The notes beneath the pieces are model-generated. The model ran no database searches. It saw only the letters and a program-made list of their open reading frames with translations, and was not told where the DNA came from. Shown one piece after another: positions 39,117 to 52,284 of a stretch of 64,000 bases of DNA. The stretch's first letter is position 1; the number at the start of each line of letters is the position of its first letter. The stretch is from NCBI GenBank assembly GCA_011109175.1, contig RDEW01000046.1:325545-389544 (forward strand), read 5' to 3'. The position numbers and the translations under genes were made by a program. Source of the DNA: Dicyema japonicum (lineage: Eukaryota > Animalia > Dicyemida).

Positions 39117-42100
39117 TGCGTCGACTAACGTTGCTTGCACAAAGCGATTACGATAATTTTGACGGCTTTTTAATTTTATTTGAAAATAGGGTTAATTGAT
39201 ATTCGAAATTTATGTTTTTATTCGCAAAACCAATTCGGTTTACCAATAATATTTTAATAATAATTCCAAAGACCACCAATAGGGCTTAATTATGCAAAAC
39301 ATAATAGATGCTGTTTATTTAATTCAAGATTTATTATGCAACTGTTCCGAACTAAAATTACATGGAATAAAACAAAATGAGGCTTGCTTTCATGCTATTA
39401 ATAATTCACGTGAACCACATGGCGCGAGAACTAAATCTGTTCTTTTTAATTTTCTAACTAAAAATAAATTATATCATTTATTAAAACAAGATAATTTATT
39501 ATAACATTATTGACTCTCACAGAGATCAACTGGAGGAGCCACTGGATTTCACGGACTTCATGGCTTCAGAGTGGAGACATTAAAAATTAAACCCAATTTA
39601 TCAAATTTAATAATTTTAATATGTGAATAAATTATTACGTAATAAAACAAAGTAATCCTATCATCACAAGATTCAAATTTGGATAAATTATAACCGACTT
39701 GACCTATCTACTGAAAATTCACTTATTTACCTCAGACAAACGACTTGGACAAATGACCGTGGATATCAAGAAAGCTAGGGATAATCAAATCTATTTTTGG
39801 TTGTATTGAGATTTCTTTCCCAGCTTTGAAATTACTGTAAAAGCAATTCATTGAACCATCTGTCAGCTATGCCTGTGCGTCCTCGATAATCAATCTGTCC
39901 TGGACGAAAAAACAGAAAATCAATGACATTCAGTCCCTGAAAGCCACTTCTATTAGTGATTTCGGGAATTAAGTTGTTGTTTCCCTTGACAACTGCCAGA
40001 GAAATCCTTGGAACAGCCACTCGGTTTCCCGACGTTCGTTACTCGCTTTCGTTATCATGGACCCGAACGATCTTAGAAATGAGACGTCTTGGGCCCGAAG
40101 ACTCCATCCGTCTCTACGACTATAGGATCTCGTTGAGAGGCTGTCACATTTTCTTATTTTAAAATTCTCTAAAGTTCGAGAAACTGTCAACGCGGAGTCT
40201 GAAAGTCTCGACTGGTAAAGGTGTCGGTGCAGGCTCCATCCAAATCAAACATTTCCCCCGAGAGAAGGGGAAGACATCTCCACGATGCATGTCCATTGGT
40301 TCAAGAGATGAGGGTTATCCAGTCGCCTCAAGAGAGTGTTTCACAACCCCATTGATGGTAGGTAGCATGCCTCGGGAACCGGCCACTGCTGAGACAAGAG
40401 AGAGGGTGAGAGATAATCTCCATGGAAATGGGTAAGCCCAATATCATAAGGTGTTTCAGATCGGTAGTAGAAGCATCGGGGAGAAAAGACATGATCCTCA
40501 TCGTGATTTAGAAAATTCATCTTGCGAGTGTCCTAGATTACAAATTTCGGAAATACGTGCATTAATTTCGAGTCCGTTATTGCTAAGAATAGGAAAAGTA
40601 TTTTTAGACTTTTCATAACCAACTCGGTTGAGTCACGGATCGTAGCATTGTCCAAATACCAACAATTGAAAGCAGGCAGCCTCGTCAACTGCCAAATCAA
40701 ATAAAAGTGGATCAACAGGATCACCTTGTTGGATCCCACTATTCATTAGTTTGGCAGCAACCGCATTCTGAAGAAAAAACTTAGATTTCCTAAGGCTTGC
40801 AGATGTAGAAACTGCTACAATTGGTTAATCCAGTGCTATTAGGGGAAAAAGAAATAAGGAAATCTAATCCTTGGTCTCCAAAGGCAAAGCATCCAAGTCA
40901 ATAGCCAGACTAGAGCATCAGCCGCTACCACCCCCATGGACTTTTGATTCCTCAAAGGAATACAACTCTTCATTCGTAACCTCGACGCAAAAGTTGAATT
41001 TCTTGGACGAAACCTGACCGATAGACGACCCAGAAACAGGGTCAGACACAATTAGGGATTTCATACTTTTTGGATCTCAGACAGTCGGGACAAATCCAAG
41101 AAGACAAAAGTTTCAAAGACTGCCTAACACATCCCATGTAGAAGAACAAGGAACAATCAAACATCGGATCCCAAACTTTCGATCATACTCCTGGAACAAA
41201 CCTTGGAGGTTTTATCTTATAATTCAAGTAAAAAATATTTATCAAATTGCCGATTTAGCTTAATTTTTAAGTCCCATGTCACCATATCAAGGTCATATAT
41301 TACTAATCGACCTTCAGATCCAATGTCATTAGACGTTGCCAGAAGGCCAAATATAAAGATTGGAGAGTTAAGCATGCTCATCACAGTCATTTTCGTATAT
41401 TAGTGATTTTATCGAATAATTCGACGGATCACACACACTGGATAACTTTTATTTTTTAATTAAACTTAATCACTAATCCAACGCCTCGTTTTTATTCGTA
41501 GAAGTAATAATCTTGAACAGACGGTCACGTTCCTAACTTATATACAATGAACAAGCATATTACGTCATCATCAAGTAAGCCCAAATGGTACAATCCTGAC
41601 ATAATATTAATAATACCAAAGACCACGGTTACATCAAACTAACTAATTACGTGATCCCAGCAAGTTCTAGCAGAGACCTCAACTTGGCCAGATGCTCCTC
41701 CATCGAGCCCAAATAAGCACGTTGATATTAGTTGTCACAACACCATGATCCTGGGTTATTATGTATCAAGGATTCCAGAGGCATTGGAGACTGGGACTTT
41801 CAAAAAGTCCATCATTCCGTTATTTAGAGGCTCCTTTTTAACTTACGCCAAAAATCTCCCAAAGATCTTTGAAATTTTCTAATGGGATAACACTATTGTT
41901 TGTTTTTAAATCGACCGTCTGTCTTGTGACGGATTTTTTAGTGCTTGAAGACAGGCGGTTTTTCACCAACCATTCGTTAAGGCGGTTTTGTTGCAATCTT
42001 GAAATGCAGTCTGGATGTCTCGATCACGTAAGCTATGATGAAAGTGAAAAGAATATCATTTTTAATTTCCGGTGTAGGAAGATCGCCAGGAATAGGATAT

Positions 42101-42349
42101 TCATCCTCTCTTGAGATGTATCGAATAGTTTTCCAATCTTTTACAGTGTATCTAATTACGGTTCAAAGATGAGAGAACATACATCCATCTCGATTTCTGC
42201 GCTTTGAGCGTGTATTGTTGAAAGTCCGCAGTCCTAGTAGTTAATCGGACAGACTTTTTGAGTCCCCTGGCGTAGTTAAGCTGGCGTTTAGGCACAGATA
42301 GTGATCTCTAGGACAAAAATATGAAATTGCCCTAAAATAAGACATTTTA

Positions 42350-45300
42350 TTTATTTAACCCAAGACCACGGTAAAACCAAACTAATTATCACGTGATCCC
42401 AATGCATTCTAACAGAGAACCCGGTGTTCCTCCTCCGTGCCCGCGCATGAACGTACAGGACGCCTGAATTTTCAGGACCACCTTTCCGTAATCTAAAATC
42501 TAGTCTCATAAGAGTCTCCAGAGGCGTAGGTCCGGTTAGGTGATCTTCACAAATCAAACGCTCCGCTACTCTGTAAGCCCTCTTTTGCATTTCCTCAATT
42601 TCCCCCATATTTGTCCAAAATATGGACGGTCCCCACGAGGCGCATGCATATGAGAAAAATGGTTGAATGTACTGTTTGTACACGTTCATCAAGATTGGGT
42701 GAGTACCACTCTTCCATACTCTCGATAAACTTTTCAATACGTTCAGTTTCTTCTCGCATTTCAATAGAATGTTTTCTACGTATGGTGTCAAACAGAGATG
42801 CTTATCAATTGTCACACACAAGATCCTTTGATAAATGTTGGAAGGGATGCCAACCTTGTTTAACTTTAAGGTGACTGTCTTTCTTCCCAATCTTTTGTCA
42901 GAGGTAAAAAAAGTGACGTAGACAATTTCTCTGCATTCACCAAGAGCCGGCATTAAGCCTGTCAAGGTTAATTTGTATTTTTACTGTGGCCTTCTGGATG
43001 TCCTGATCTCGCGAAGCCAACACAATATCATCCGCATAGGAAAGTAGAACATCATTATCAGATTCAATACTCGGGAGATCGGCCAGAAAGAGGTTTAACA
43101 AGGCAGGGGATAAAGGAGATCCTTGAGGGACCTCGTTGAAGAGAAGACGTGAGATTGATTTCAGACCTCCGAAGCAAACACGTCCCCTTTGTCCACTTAG
43201 GGAGTTAATAATCCAAAGCTTTAGCTTCCCTGGGGGTTGTAGGAAAAAAAGTCAAGTGAAAAAAAGGTTAAGCGGAAAAAAAGTCAAGTTGTTTTTTTTT
43301 AGTTTATATCGCATTTATGTGATACTACTAGCATCTTTTAATTTTTTTTAAATATTTAAAATGTTATAAACATATGATTTTTATTTAACGTGAATCAACG
43401 GATTATTTAATGTGAATCAAAAGAATATTTAATATGTGAAGATTTTTTCACACATTTAAAAATTATATAGTTTTTTTGTCTCCGAGTGCTTTGTATACAT
43501 AAAACCCTTAAAACAAATTTTCTTTCCTCCTTTGTTAGTTGATATTATCTCCATTTTGTCTCTTATTTTTGAGGCAAGCTTAATATTTAAAATACGCTTA
43601 ATTATAACCTTAAAATCCGTATATTGATTAAATCAAAAAAGATTAAACCAAAGAGAAAAAAGTCAAGTCAATTTTATTATTACTTTGAAATTCTTAAATT
43701 GATTTAGTCAAAGCGATTATACCAAGTCCGCTAACGAAATCACGGACTTGACTTTTTTTCCGTTTTGCGCTAAATTTCGAAAATTTATAAGTGAAAAATT
43801 TTCAAAAATAGAAAAAAAGCCAAGTATTGAAAAATTTTTAAAAATTAAAAGATGCTAGTAGTATCACAAAAATGCGATATAAACTAAAAAAAGACGACTT
43901 GACTTTTTTCCACACTCCTCCCTGGGATCCCCGATTGAAATATTTTTCTCGAAAGAATCTTCCTCGAGACTGAATCAAACGCTTTATGTATGTCAATCGA
44001 GCAAAGCACTGTTTTAAATTGTCTCGGCTTGGTTGTGAATCCGGCTCGACTGAAGTCGCTCAATGTTTGTAGAATCTATCATTTTTGAATCCATGTTGAA
44101 AGTCCTCTCTGATAAAAAATATTTTAGTAGTGATACCGGGCTAAAAGACGCTGGGTCATCTCTCGGTCTTCCTGGTTTTAATTTTGGCCTTATTATTGCT
44201 TGTTTCCATAATAATGGTATCACAATCTGGTTAATCGAATAGTTGAAAACCGACATTAGAAAAGTGACTCCCCGTCTCCAAGATTTTTTAATAAAATAAC
44301 AGGAATGTTGTCCGGTTCGTGAGAGCATGTCGTTTTTGCAGAATGTATTGTATCCCTCACCTCTCTCTCCGAAAAGAAGAGTGGTTCTGATAGTCTCTTT
44401 AGTTTCCTGCGTGATGGTAATGTATCAGACTTCATGTGCTCCTTGTGTGAAATTTTAGTATATAATTTTATAAAGTTGTTCACATCTCTTTGAACATAAT
44501 CCTCATGTTGAAGTTTCATCGCCTTTTGCCACGTTTCGAATAGCTTTTCACACATCTCCCGTAGTGAGATTTCTATTTACTATTGTAAGCACACGATTCC
44601 ACTTCACCTCTGGGCCTTGAGCTCTTTGCCTTTATTTCATTAATCAATGTTCTGATCCGAGTTTCATTCAAAAGTTATCCGGTTAGATTTTGAAGCTGAT
44701 TTCCGTCTTTAATCTTCCCTCGACCACCGACGAATTTAAGTAATGTTTGGGTGTAGCCCTTGATCTTGCTTCCAAGATTATTTGGGTAAAGTAGCTGATG
44801 GCAATCTCCAGAGAACTGAAGCTATCCAAGTAACAATTCTTATTTTTTCTTTTGAAATTTCGCGATACAATTTCCAGTTAGCACCTTTGTAATTGTAGCT
44901 GCTAGGAATTCTCCTCACGTTGGCCTCTCTTTTGATCTTCACCACAGTTGGATTATGGTCGTTCTTGTTTGTGAACGACTGACCAGCCAATTTTTGATGA
45001 AAGCGACGCCCTGTGAGGTAGGTTTATGTCTTCTCAGTGGTGTCCTTGTATTTCTCGATGGATCATTCAATATCGTTAAGGAGTCCGTTTGGACAACAAT
45101 AGTTTTCCTCTCATGTAAGCTAGTTGAGTTGACAGCCATAAGGAATGCTTCGGATTCGAATCTCCGCAGATGATGATCTCATCGAAGGAAGACAGTCTTT
45201 ATGGTTTGGCATAACATAGCTCTTCGGGCAGTAACCAGGAGGCGGAATGTAGATATTCACAAGACATAGCCGACGACCTTGACACTATGAGAGCCAGGGA

Positions 45301-46100
45301 AGCATGGAGAAAGATGACATCTAACATTGTTTCTTTTGCTACACATGCGGGGCTATAAGTAGTATGACTCTCGTGAAGTGCTTAAATAAATAATAAATAG
45401 TCTTCCTTCCATTGTCCCGAGCGAGATTCCAATTATTTCTGTAACATCATCATCTCCAACAAGTTTCCTTACTTCCGAGATGTCTCTGCATTTCAAGTTT
45501 TTTTTGAATAGAGTGAGCAGACCTCCATCTCTTTTTTCTCTACGGTCCTTCCTGATTGCTTTGATCCTGGAAATGTTGGGGTAGGGTCATTAAAAAAGAG
45601 TTTGGTCTCTTGAATCATTGCAACGGTAATCTTTTGACAAAGCCAGGAGTGAGCGGAGTTCCCTGATTTTTCCTTTAATTCCATTAATGCTTTTCTTTTC
45701 GATGGGCTGAAGATTTCCTCCGGGAAGGTTCGATCTTCCGCAAATGTATCGCCCGGGGACGAAAATGTCCCCAGGAGGATGGGGTCTATCGGTCCATGGT
45801 AATGTTGTATTTGAGTGACCTATATTTTTTTGACTGATATGCCAGTCATCCATCGGTTATAGTCCTCGTCCCGTAAAGTATGTGTCTTGTAATCACATCT
45901 TTCAAGGTTTCGGTCGATCTACAATGTTCAATAATTTTAAAAAAACCTATCTTGAACCTCTGCGAGAAAACAGCGCCCTGTTCCGCGCTCAATTCCTCCA
46001 AAAACCCCATGACCTTCCCGCCATTGACCGCGATGGTATTTGCGGTGGAAGAATTTAGACTCGTCGACTTCCACGACTTTTGGTTATTATTTCTTCTTGT
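42350..46100 (-). mobile_element. Near full-length decayed APE-type LINE interrupted by a MITE
   Basis: MIQETKL, NIYIPP, DHNP, SIDIHKAFDSV, VPQGSPLSPALLN, SYADD and YKQYIQP..SYACASWGP in order; family 3' end at 42350-42400. Confidence 0.85.
43235..43918. mobile_element. Non-autonomous DNA transposon (MITE) with long imperfect TIRs and an 8-bp TSD
   Basis: Inverted ends GG..GGAAAAAAAGTCAAGT...TAGTTTATATCGCATT..GTGATACTACTAGCATC; TSD tccctggg at 43227-43234 and 43919-43926. Confidence 0.85.
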
Positions 46101-46330
46101 GGAATTATAATCTTTCTACTAGCTCTCACCATGTTATTCAAATTAATTCAAATATAAAGAGAAAGTTACTCTAAATATGTTTGGTGGACATTAGGTGCCC
46201 CTTGGGCGTTTCCAAATCCTTTTGAATTGGTAGACCAAATAACGCCACGGACATAATTATTTTTTTTAATTTTGTTATTATTTTTCCATTTCTTTTAAAT
46301 AAACTTGTTTTGTTGTGTATTAGCAGTCTT

Positions 46331-46648
46331 GGCATAGTGGTTAGGTGTCGGGCTAAAGTGACTTAGGTTACGGGTTCGAATCTCGCTGCTGTTCACCTGG
46401 TGGAAGGTTCCACGCATCTACGATGCTAAAAAGGTTTGACGAGTTACGCCGTCGTCAGTGGACTCTCACTGCGGAACTAGATTGTCTAGAAAGGACCCAC
46501 ATACAAGAAAAAGAAAAAAGAAGTGAAGATCATTCCTTGGTTCTACGATTAGTTAAAATTAACTGTTCTTTACTTAAATAAAGTGTGTGTCCTGCCTATG
46601 CGGAGCTAATACCACGGCTCTGTGAAAAAAGGCTGTCATTATTATTAT
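46331..46648 (+). mobile_element. tRNA-derived SINE copy (first ~9 nt missing)
   Basis: A box tggcatagtgg, B box ggttcgaatc, (TTA)n tail, TSD tattagcagtctt at 46318-46330 and 46646-46658. Confidence 0.92.
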
Positions 46649-47202
46649 TAGCAGTCTTCATTAATGACAGATTATTTAAATCAAGTTTTGAGCCGCGTGG
46701 CGCCATGTGGTGCTTTGTGGCTAATTGTTGAAGTTTCTGTTTGTTCATTTGTTCCTCCTCTCTTTTCCTATTAGAGTGGCGTCATGTGATCCATCTGTTT
46801 AGGTGGCGCCTAGTGCCAGGCCGGCACGAAAAAGGATCATTTGCTCTCCCTTACTCCACTGGAGGGGTTTCCACTACTGCAATTATGGACGTCTTTTACC
46901 CTTTATGTTGATTCCGGATGAACTCTGTGGAAGTGGAAACTGGATACACTCAATGAGTTGTTTACTTTAACTTCTTTCTAGGTGTATCCGGGGTTAATAA
47001 ATTAATTAATGACAGGATTGTATTTTCTCAAGTAGATGTTATGTTAATAAAATTATATATTTTCTCAATTATTAAAACTATTAGAACTCAGAAGCAAAAA
47101 CAAGGAATGAATTTCAAAAGCAATTTCAAAAAACTCATACATACAAGAACACCCAAAGGAAATTTTGTCAAAAATGATCTAAGATAGTAAGATCATCTAC
47201 AC

Positions 47203-47438
47203 CAGTGGTTCTCAACCGGGGGTCCGCGAAATACTTCTGAACCTTTATTTATCAGAGTATGTTTGTAGACAACCGAGCCTCAAATTGAAAAAATTGCCTC
47301 AAAAAAACAACATCAACCTTCTCATTAATTTTATTTCCTTTTAATAACAAATTGTGTTTTTAGAAAAGTATAATTTTTGACAAAAAACTTGCAAAAGTAT
47401 GTTGGGGGTCCGCGACCAAAAAAGGTTGAGAACCACTG
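47203..47438. mobile_element. hAT (Buster/Charlie-type) MITE, 236 bp
   Basis: Perfect 15-bp TIR CAGTGGTTCTCAACC / GGTTGAGAACCACTG; 8-bp TSD atcTAcac at 47195-47202 and 47439-47446. Confidence 0.95.
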
Positions 47439-48269
47439 ATCTACACAATACTACATCGATCAACATCTTAATGGAAAAAGACTTCAGACAGAATGCCAAA
47501 GAAGTATGGAGACCACTCAATTTTTTCTTACTGGAGATAACTAAGAACAACGGGATATCTTTTTGGTTAAAGAATTTTAAATGCAGATGTTCCACTTCAC
47601 AAATTAGGGAATAGTTATATGGATAGTTTTTGTTAATTTACATATAAATTGTTATAAAATGATTTCTTAGGTTGGTTATTTTTAATTTAAAACCCAGATT
47701 AAGTATTTGTGATATTACGTTTACAGTTAAACGCAAAAAACACAAATAATTTGAAAAATAATAAAATTGTCCTATTTCTTTCTTAATATGTCCTAATTTT
47801 AATACACTAGACCCTCGCAAAATGACCATTTTTGGTTCCTTATAATTTTGTAGCCAATTCATAAAGACACAGCACCACACTAACTTTGTCGTCATGTGAA
47901 TAGTTGCCAAAATCAAAGCAATGTCTTTAACTCAACTAGGAGAGAGCGTAGTTCCAAATTTTGCATCTTATCCGTTGGCGTTTAACTTTAGAACCGTGGT
48001 CCATCCTTTGTGGTGGACTAGGGTTTCCTTCCGGGAATTGTAGCTAAAAGCGCGTGCCGTCGAGGAGAAAGTATCCTCGGAGGTAAATTATAATGATTTC
48101 TTTGGAGGAGCATTAGGTGCCCTCCTGTAGTTACCAATACTAACAGAATTAGTGAATCACGTAAGGGTAGGTTAAAATTTAAATTGGATAATGTGTAGGT
48201 CAATTCAAGCGTTTATAAAAATCATATTCTCAGTTAAAAATTAAGCCAAGTGAATTTATTAATAGTTAA

Positions 48270-51200
48270 TCACACATTCATTGCATACAAAGACCCCAAT
48301 ATTAATATCCATTTAAGAGTGAAATCCTTCGATATTCCTCCGCACCATAAACCGGTCTCTACTATAAAAATGCACCAAAACGTTAACATAAATTCCACTG
48401 TCATTTAATATGTGGATTGACAGCAGACCAATTCTACAAGTCATAGCCGTTTCCTCCCCTACGAATGTCACCAAAAAGACCAACCAGGTGTGGTTGGTAC
48501 CCAGAGGCCATATGGAAGGTCTGTAAAAAGGGAAGTACAGTTATTTAGGCACTGGCAGTCATTAACGTCCATTACAGCAAACAACACGTTGAACCCGACA
48601 AGTCTCCTGACATTTAATCGCCTAAAATCGACAAATAATGGGTTTACTTGAAGCACGTACCCATTATATTGTCTCACTGTGACTAAGCTTGTCTGTAAGA
48701 ATGTAATATGTTATCTCAGAAGTATTCACACGTGTATATCTAAAATAAGAATCAAATAGCCGACTGTTTATATAAATTAGCTCGTAAAAGGAGATTCATA
48801 AGAAATTTGTCAATTTTTCCCAAAAATGATCCAATCTATTTCATTTATAATAAAATAAACATTAGGTAGATCATGGGGTTGATTTGAACTTAAAAGATGA
48901 GCTCCGTCATCCAAAAGTACGCATGAAACATAGTTAGGCTGTCCACAATTTGTTGCTAGAAGGTTGTTTAAAACACTTAAGAATAAAAACCACCAGAAAC
49001 TGAAATATCAAAAAAATTTACCGCCGAAATTTTGAATTTTAATTTTATTTGAAATTTGAATTCTTGTACTTCCTATAATTAAATAAATAAATAAACCATT
49101 TATTAATACAGGTTTCAGTAGTATTTGATCAGCCAGAAACAATTGCATCACACTTGAATCCTGTTGGTATAAATCAGTGAGATGGTCATCTAAGTCAGTC
49201 GAATTACTTAGTAAGGATTATTATGACTACTTTCCCCGAATGGACGCTAACGAGGAACTCCCAACTGCAAAAAGAATGTCAGTATATGCTCTATTATACT
49301 TGTATAAATTATTCTTTACTTAAATGTTGTTTTTTGTTCCCAAATTTGATTGTTGAATTCAGCCAAAACGTGATAGTCGAAAAGAACTCGCTGTACAGCA
49401 TTTTTCGAGTCTAAATGTTTAAGGGATCTTTCACTACAATTTAGACTTTGTTGAGAAATATTTTGCAGAAAAGACTCAATATTGACAATTGTAGGGGAAT
49501 TCTCGTCGAGGGGACGTAGTAAACTATATTAGATTAGAAATAAACTTATTTAATTTTATAAGGAACTTGCACGTGGAGTTAACCAAATCTAAATTATTGG
49601 AGTGTATTGTACTTTGGTATAATTCAGGTATTCCTGTTATATTAAGCCACTGGTTGTTCACACTGGGAATTACCACTGCGACACTAAAAACTAAAAGAGT
49701 AAGTTACTAGAGCCCCACATCAGTAACTTTGTTGAAAGTGTAGTTATAAGGTGAGAAGTATCCGTAGAATGGAGCCTACGTTAATACAACCTTACTTTGG
49801 CCGTGAATTTGGTGGCGGTTATTTGTGCTGTCATTTGGGTGGCGGAATTGTTCAGAATATGACCGACGAACTAAGCATAAAAGATCAAAGATGGTACGCT
49901 CTCTAGCTGTGTGGAGAAATACTCAAAATAAGGAAGAGTAAATTGAGTGTTCTAATTACAGAAATGGAGTACTTTGTCATTCAAATTTTTGTGCCAGATA
50001 ACATAACCATTCGAGTTGACAACAAGCATATATTGCCCGAATATGTACTGAAATACATAAAATTTCAACTCTCTCATCTTTGAGGCAGTCACCCATGATC
50101 TCTAACGGTAACTCAATCCCCGCTACGCCGACACTTGTCGTCTACACTGAGCCTAATTCTCACCAAATTCGTGGAATAATTGAAAATTGGCTGTGTGATC
50201 AATACAGCTAGTTTGGATGTCTAAAATGACTGTCTAAAATGACTGAAACGTCTAAAAATCGTGTAGGGGGCTGAATTTCCAGAGTTTTGTTGTGAAGTGA
50301 AAGCAGTCTGGAAGTTACCGAATTAATAATCTGAAAAAAATTAAAAAATATAAAACATCAACAATTTTATAGATTGCCCCAATCGTTGAGATTTTGTAAT
50401 AATATCCCCATTCTGGCAAGCCAACCAGTATAAAGTCTCTGCGTGTTTATTTCCCTGTTCAATAACAACGGAAAATATTTTTATCTGAGCATAAAAAATA
50501 ACTTTACGGGAGAATTAGGCCAATTATACTTCCTGCATATATATTCCACGTTATCCGCATCTCCGTCTGATATTACGACAATAACAGGAATGGAAGACGG
50601 GGACTTGTTATTCTCCCGCCACAAAGTATAAAAACTTGGATACTTTTATGAGCTCAATGAAGGCGAATTCCAACCCAGAGTTTAAATCGGCAACTCCCAC
50701 CGCCTTTAATTCCCCAACGCTTTTGTATAAAATCTAAAAATAATGCCTAGAGGACATTCTTATTGAATATTGTGGCAGGGACGAGGGTTTGAAGACAACT
50801 TGTCCACCTTGGAGTGATCCCATACTAGTAAACTGAGGATATTTATTAAATACGCTTAGAACGTTAACGTGGTCGTTTTCATTCAAGGAATCAAGAATGG
50901 CTTTAACCGTCAGTCTCATCAAAAAATGAATTCTCCCGTATGTACTTCCACTGCTACAACAAATATGTCTTCAAACTTGTCAATCGCTATTACTATTTGT
51001 CTGGGGAAGGTTCTAGCAAATGAATAAAATTGAGTATGTCTTGCATCATATAAGCTGATCGTGCTAGGAGATCGCTTAAAACCTAGTTTATTGTTTGAGG
51101 TAAATACCCGGGAAAACACGGAAAACCGAATTGTCCAAGGCCACAAACTGAAATGACGAAACATTCATATTTCGTTTGTTTTGAATGAAAACTGAATCCA

Positions 51201-51839
51201 AACTGTTTGTATAATTTATTGTATTGATTATAACGTTATCTAAGCCCTGTGAGATGCAACTTTAAACTTTCATAAACTTCAATTGGTATATCAACCACTG
51301 ATCTTGAAAAGTTCACATTTCTGTTTATCTGGACTTCATAGCTCAGAGAAAAGTTGTCTGTGGTGCTCCTCGAGTCGATGTAATCACAACCCTGCTGTTT
51401 TATAATAAACAAACACTAAGTTTTGGATTGAAAGTCGCATTTCTTATTTCAGTTTCGACAGCATTTACGATATTCTAGAAAATCAATACAAATCGAAAAC
51501 TTGTAGGTTTGATGAATATCTGTGGATTTGATCAGAGATTTTATTCGACGCAAAAGTGGCCGTCAGCGTGGGAGAATGGGGCACTAATGCTCCCTGTAAG
51601 TGGGTAAGTTTCTGGAGATAAATCTAAGAAGTATATATTATTTTGTCAATATGATTGATTAACTCAATTAAAACAATCTATACAATCTCTAATTGAGTTG
51701 TGTAAGTTGTTTCATTAGCGATTACTTCGAGACTGTATTGAAGGTTCGCCTGCCACTGATCCATGTTTCTATTAAAATTTTAATAAAATTACCCTTCCCA
51801 GCAAAATATGGAGTAAACAAATAGCAAAAATTTATACAT
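48270..51839 (-). CDS. Voltage-gated calcium channel alpha2delta subunit (CACNA2D-like); more than 25 micro-introns; some 3' junctions uncertain; apparent 1-nt deletion at ~50406
   Basis: Signal peptide; VDIPIEVYE; YDARHTQFY; vWA MIDAS IAIDN/SGS; LDSLNENDHVNV; ISDG; KYNWP; WLACQN.GYYY; VNSNGYVIWH; CVLLDDG; C-terminal CGG plus hydrophobic tail (GPI-like). Confidence 0.88.
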
Positions 51840-52068
51840 CTGAAAACTTATCTAAAAATAAATATTTTGTTGCTGCTTGTATTAGTGTATTTGCTGTATA
51901 CTTGATAGTCCTAACAACAAATGAAAAATAATTTATTATAATTTTGGTTTTCCAATGAAATTAAAAATTTAGTTTTATTTAAAAATTAAAATTTTATTCA
52001 ATCGAATTTGATATTTCATTATTTATTAATTATTATTGCATTTGCAATATAATAATAATTAATTTCTT

Positions 52069-52284
52069 ATTTTAACAACCCAAGACCACGGTAATTATCA
52101 TGTGATCCCGATGCATTCCAACAGCGACCTCAACTTTGGCCGTGTTCTTCCCTCGTGCCCGCGCATAAATGTTCTGTACGGCTGACTGATTTTTCAGACC
52201 ACATTCCCGTGATCTGGAGTCTAGTCTCATAAGGGCCTCCAGAGGCGTAGTTACCGTGGTCTCGGGTTGTCAAATAAAATAAAA
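52069..52284. mobile_element. Short LINE 3'-end fragment carrying an inverted copy of its own 3' terminus
   Basis: Left ..taacaacccaagaccacggtaa, right ttaccgtggtctcgggttgtca..; internal sequence matches 42360-42530; candidate TSD aatttctt at 52061-52068 and 52285-52292. Confidence 0.75.

Noticed and set aside
50795-50850. Apparent frameshift in the alpha2delta vWA domain
   Set aside because: Resolved by using the downstream acceptor (29-nt intron ending tttactag), which gives VNVLS|YGITPRWTSCLQTLV.
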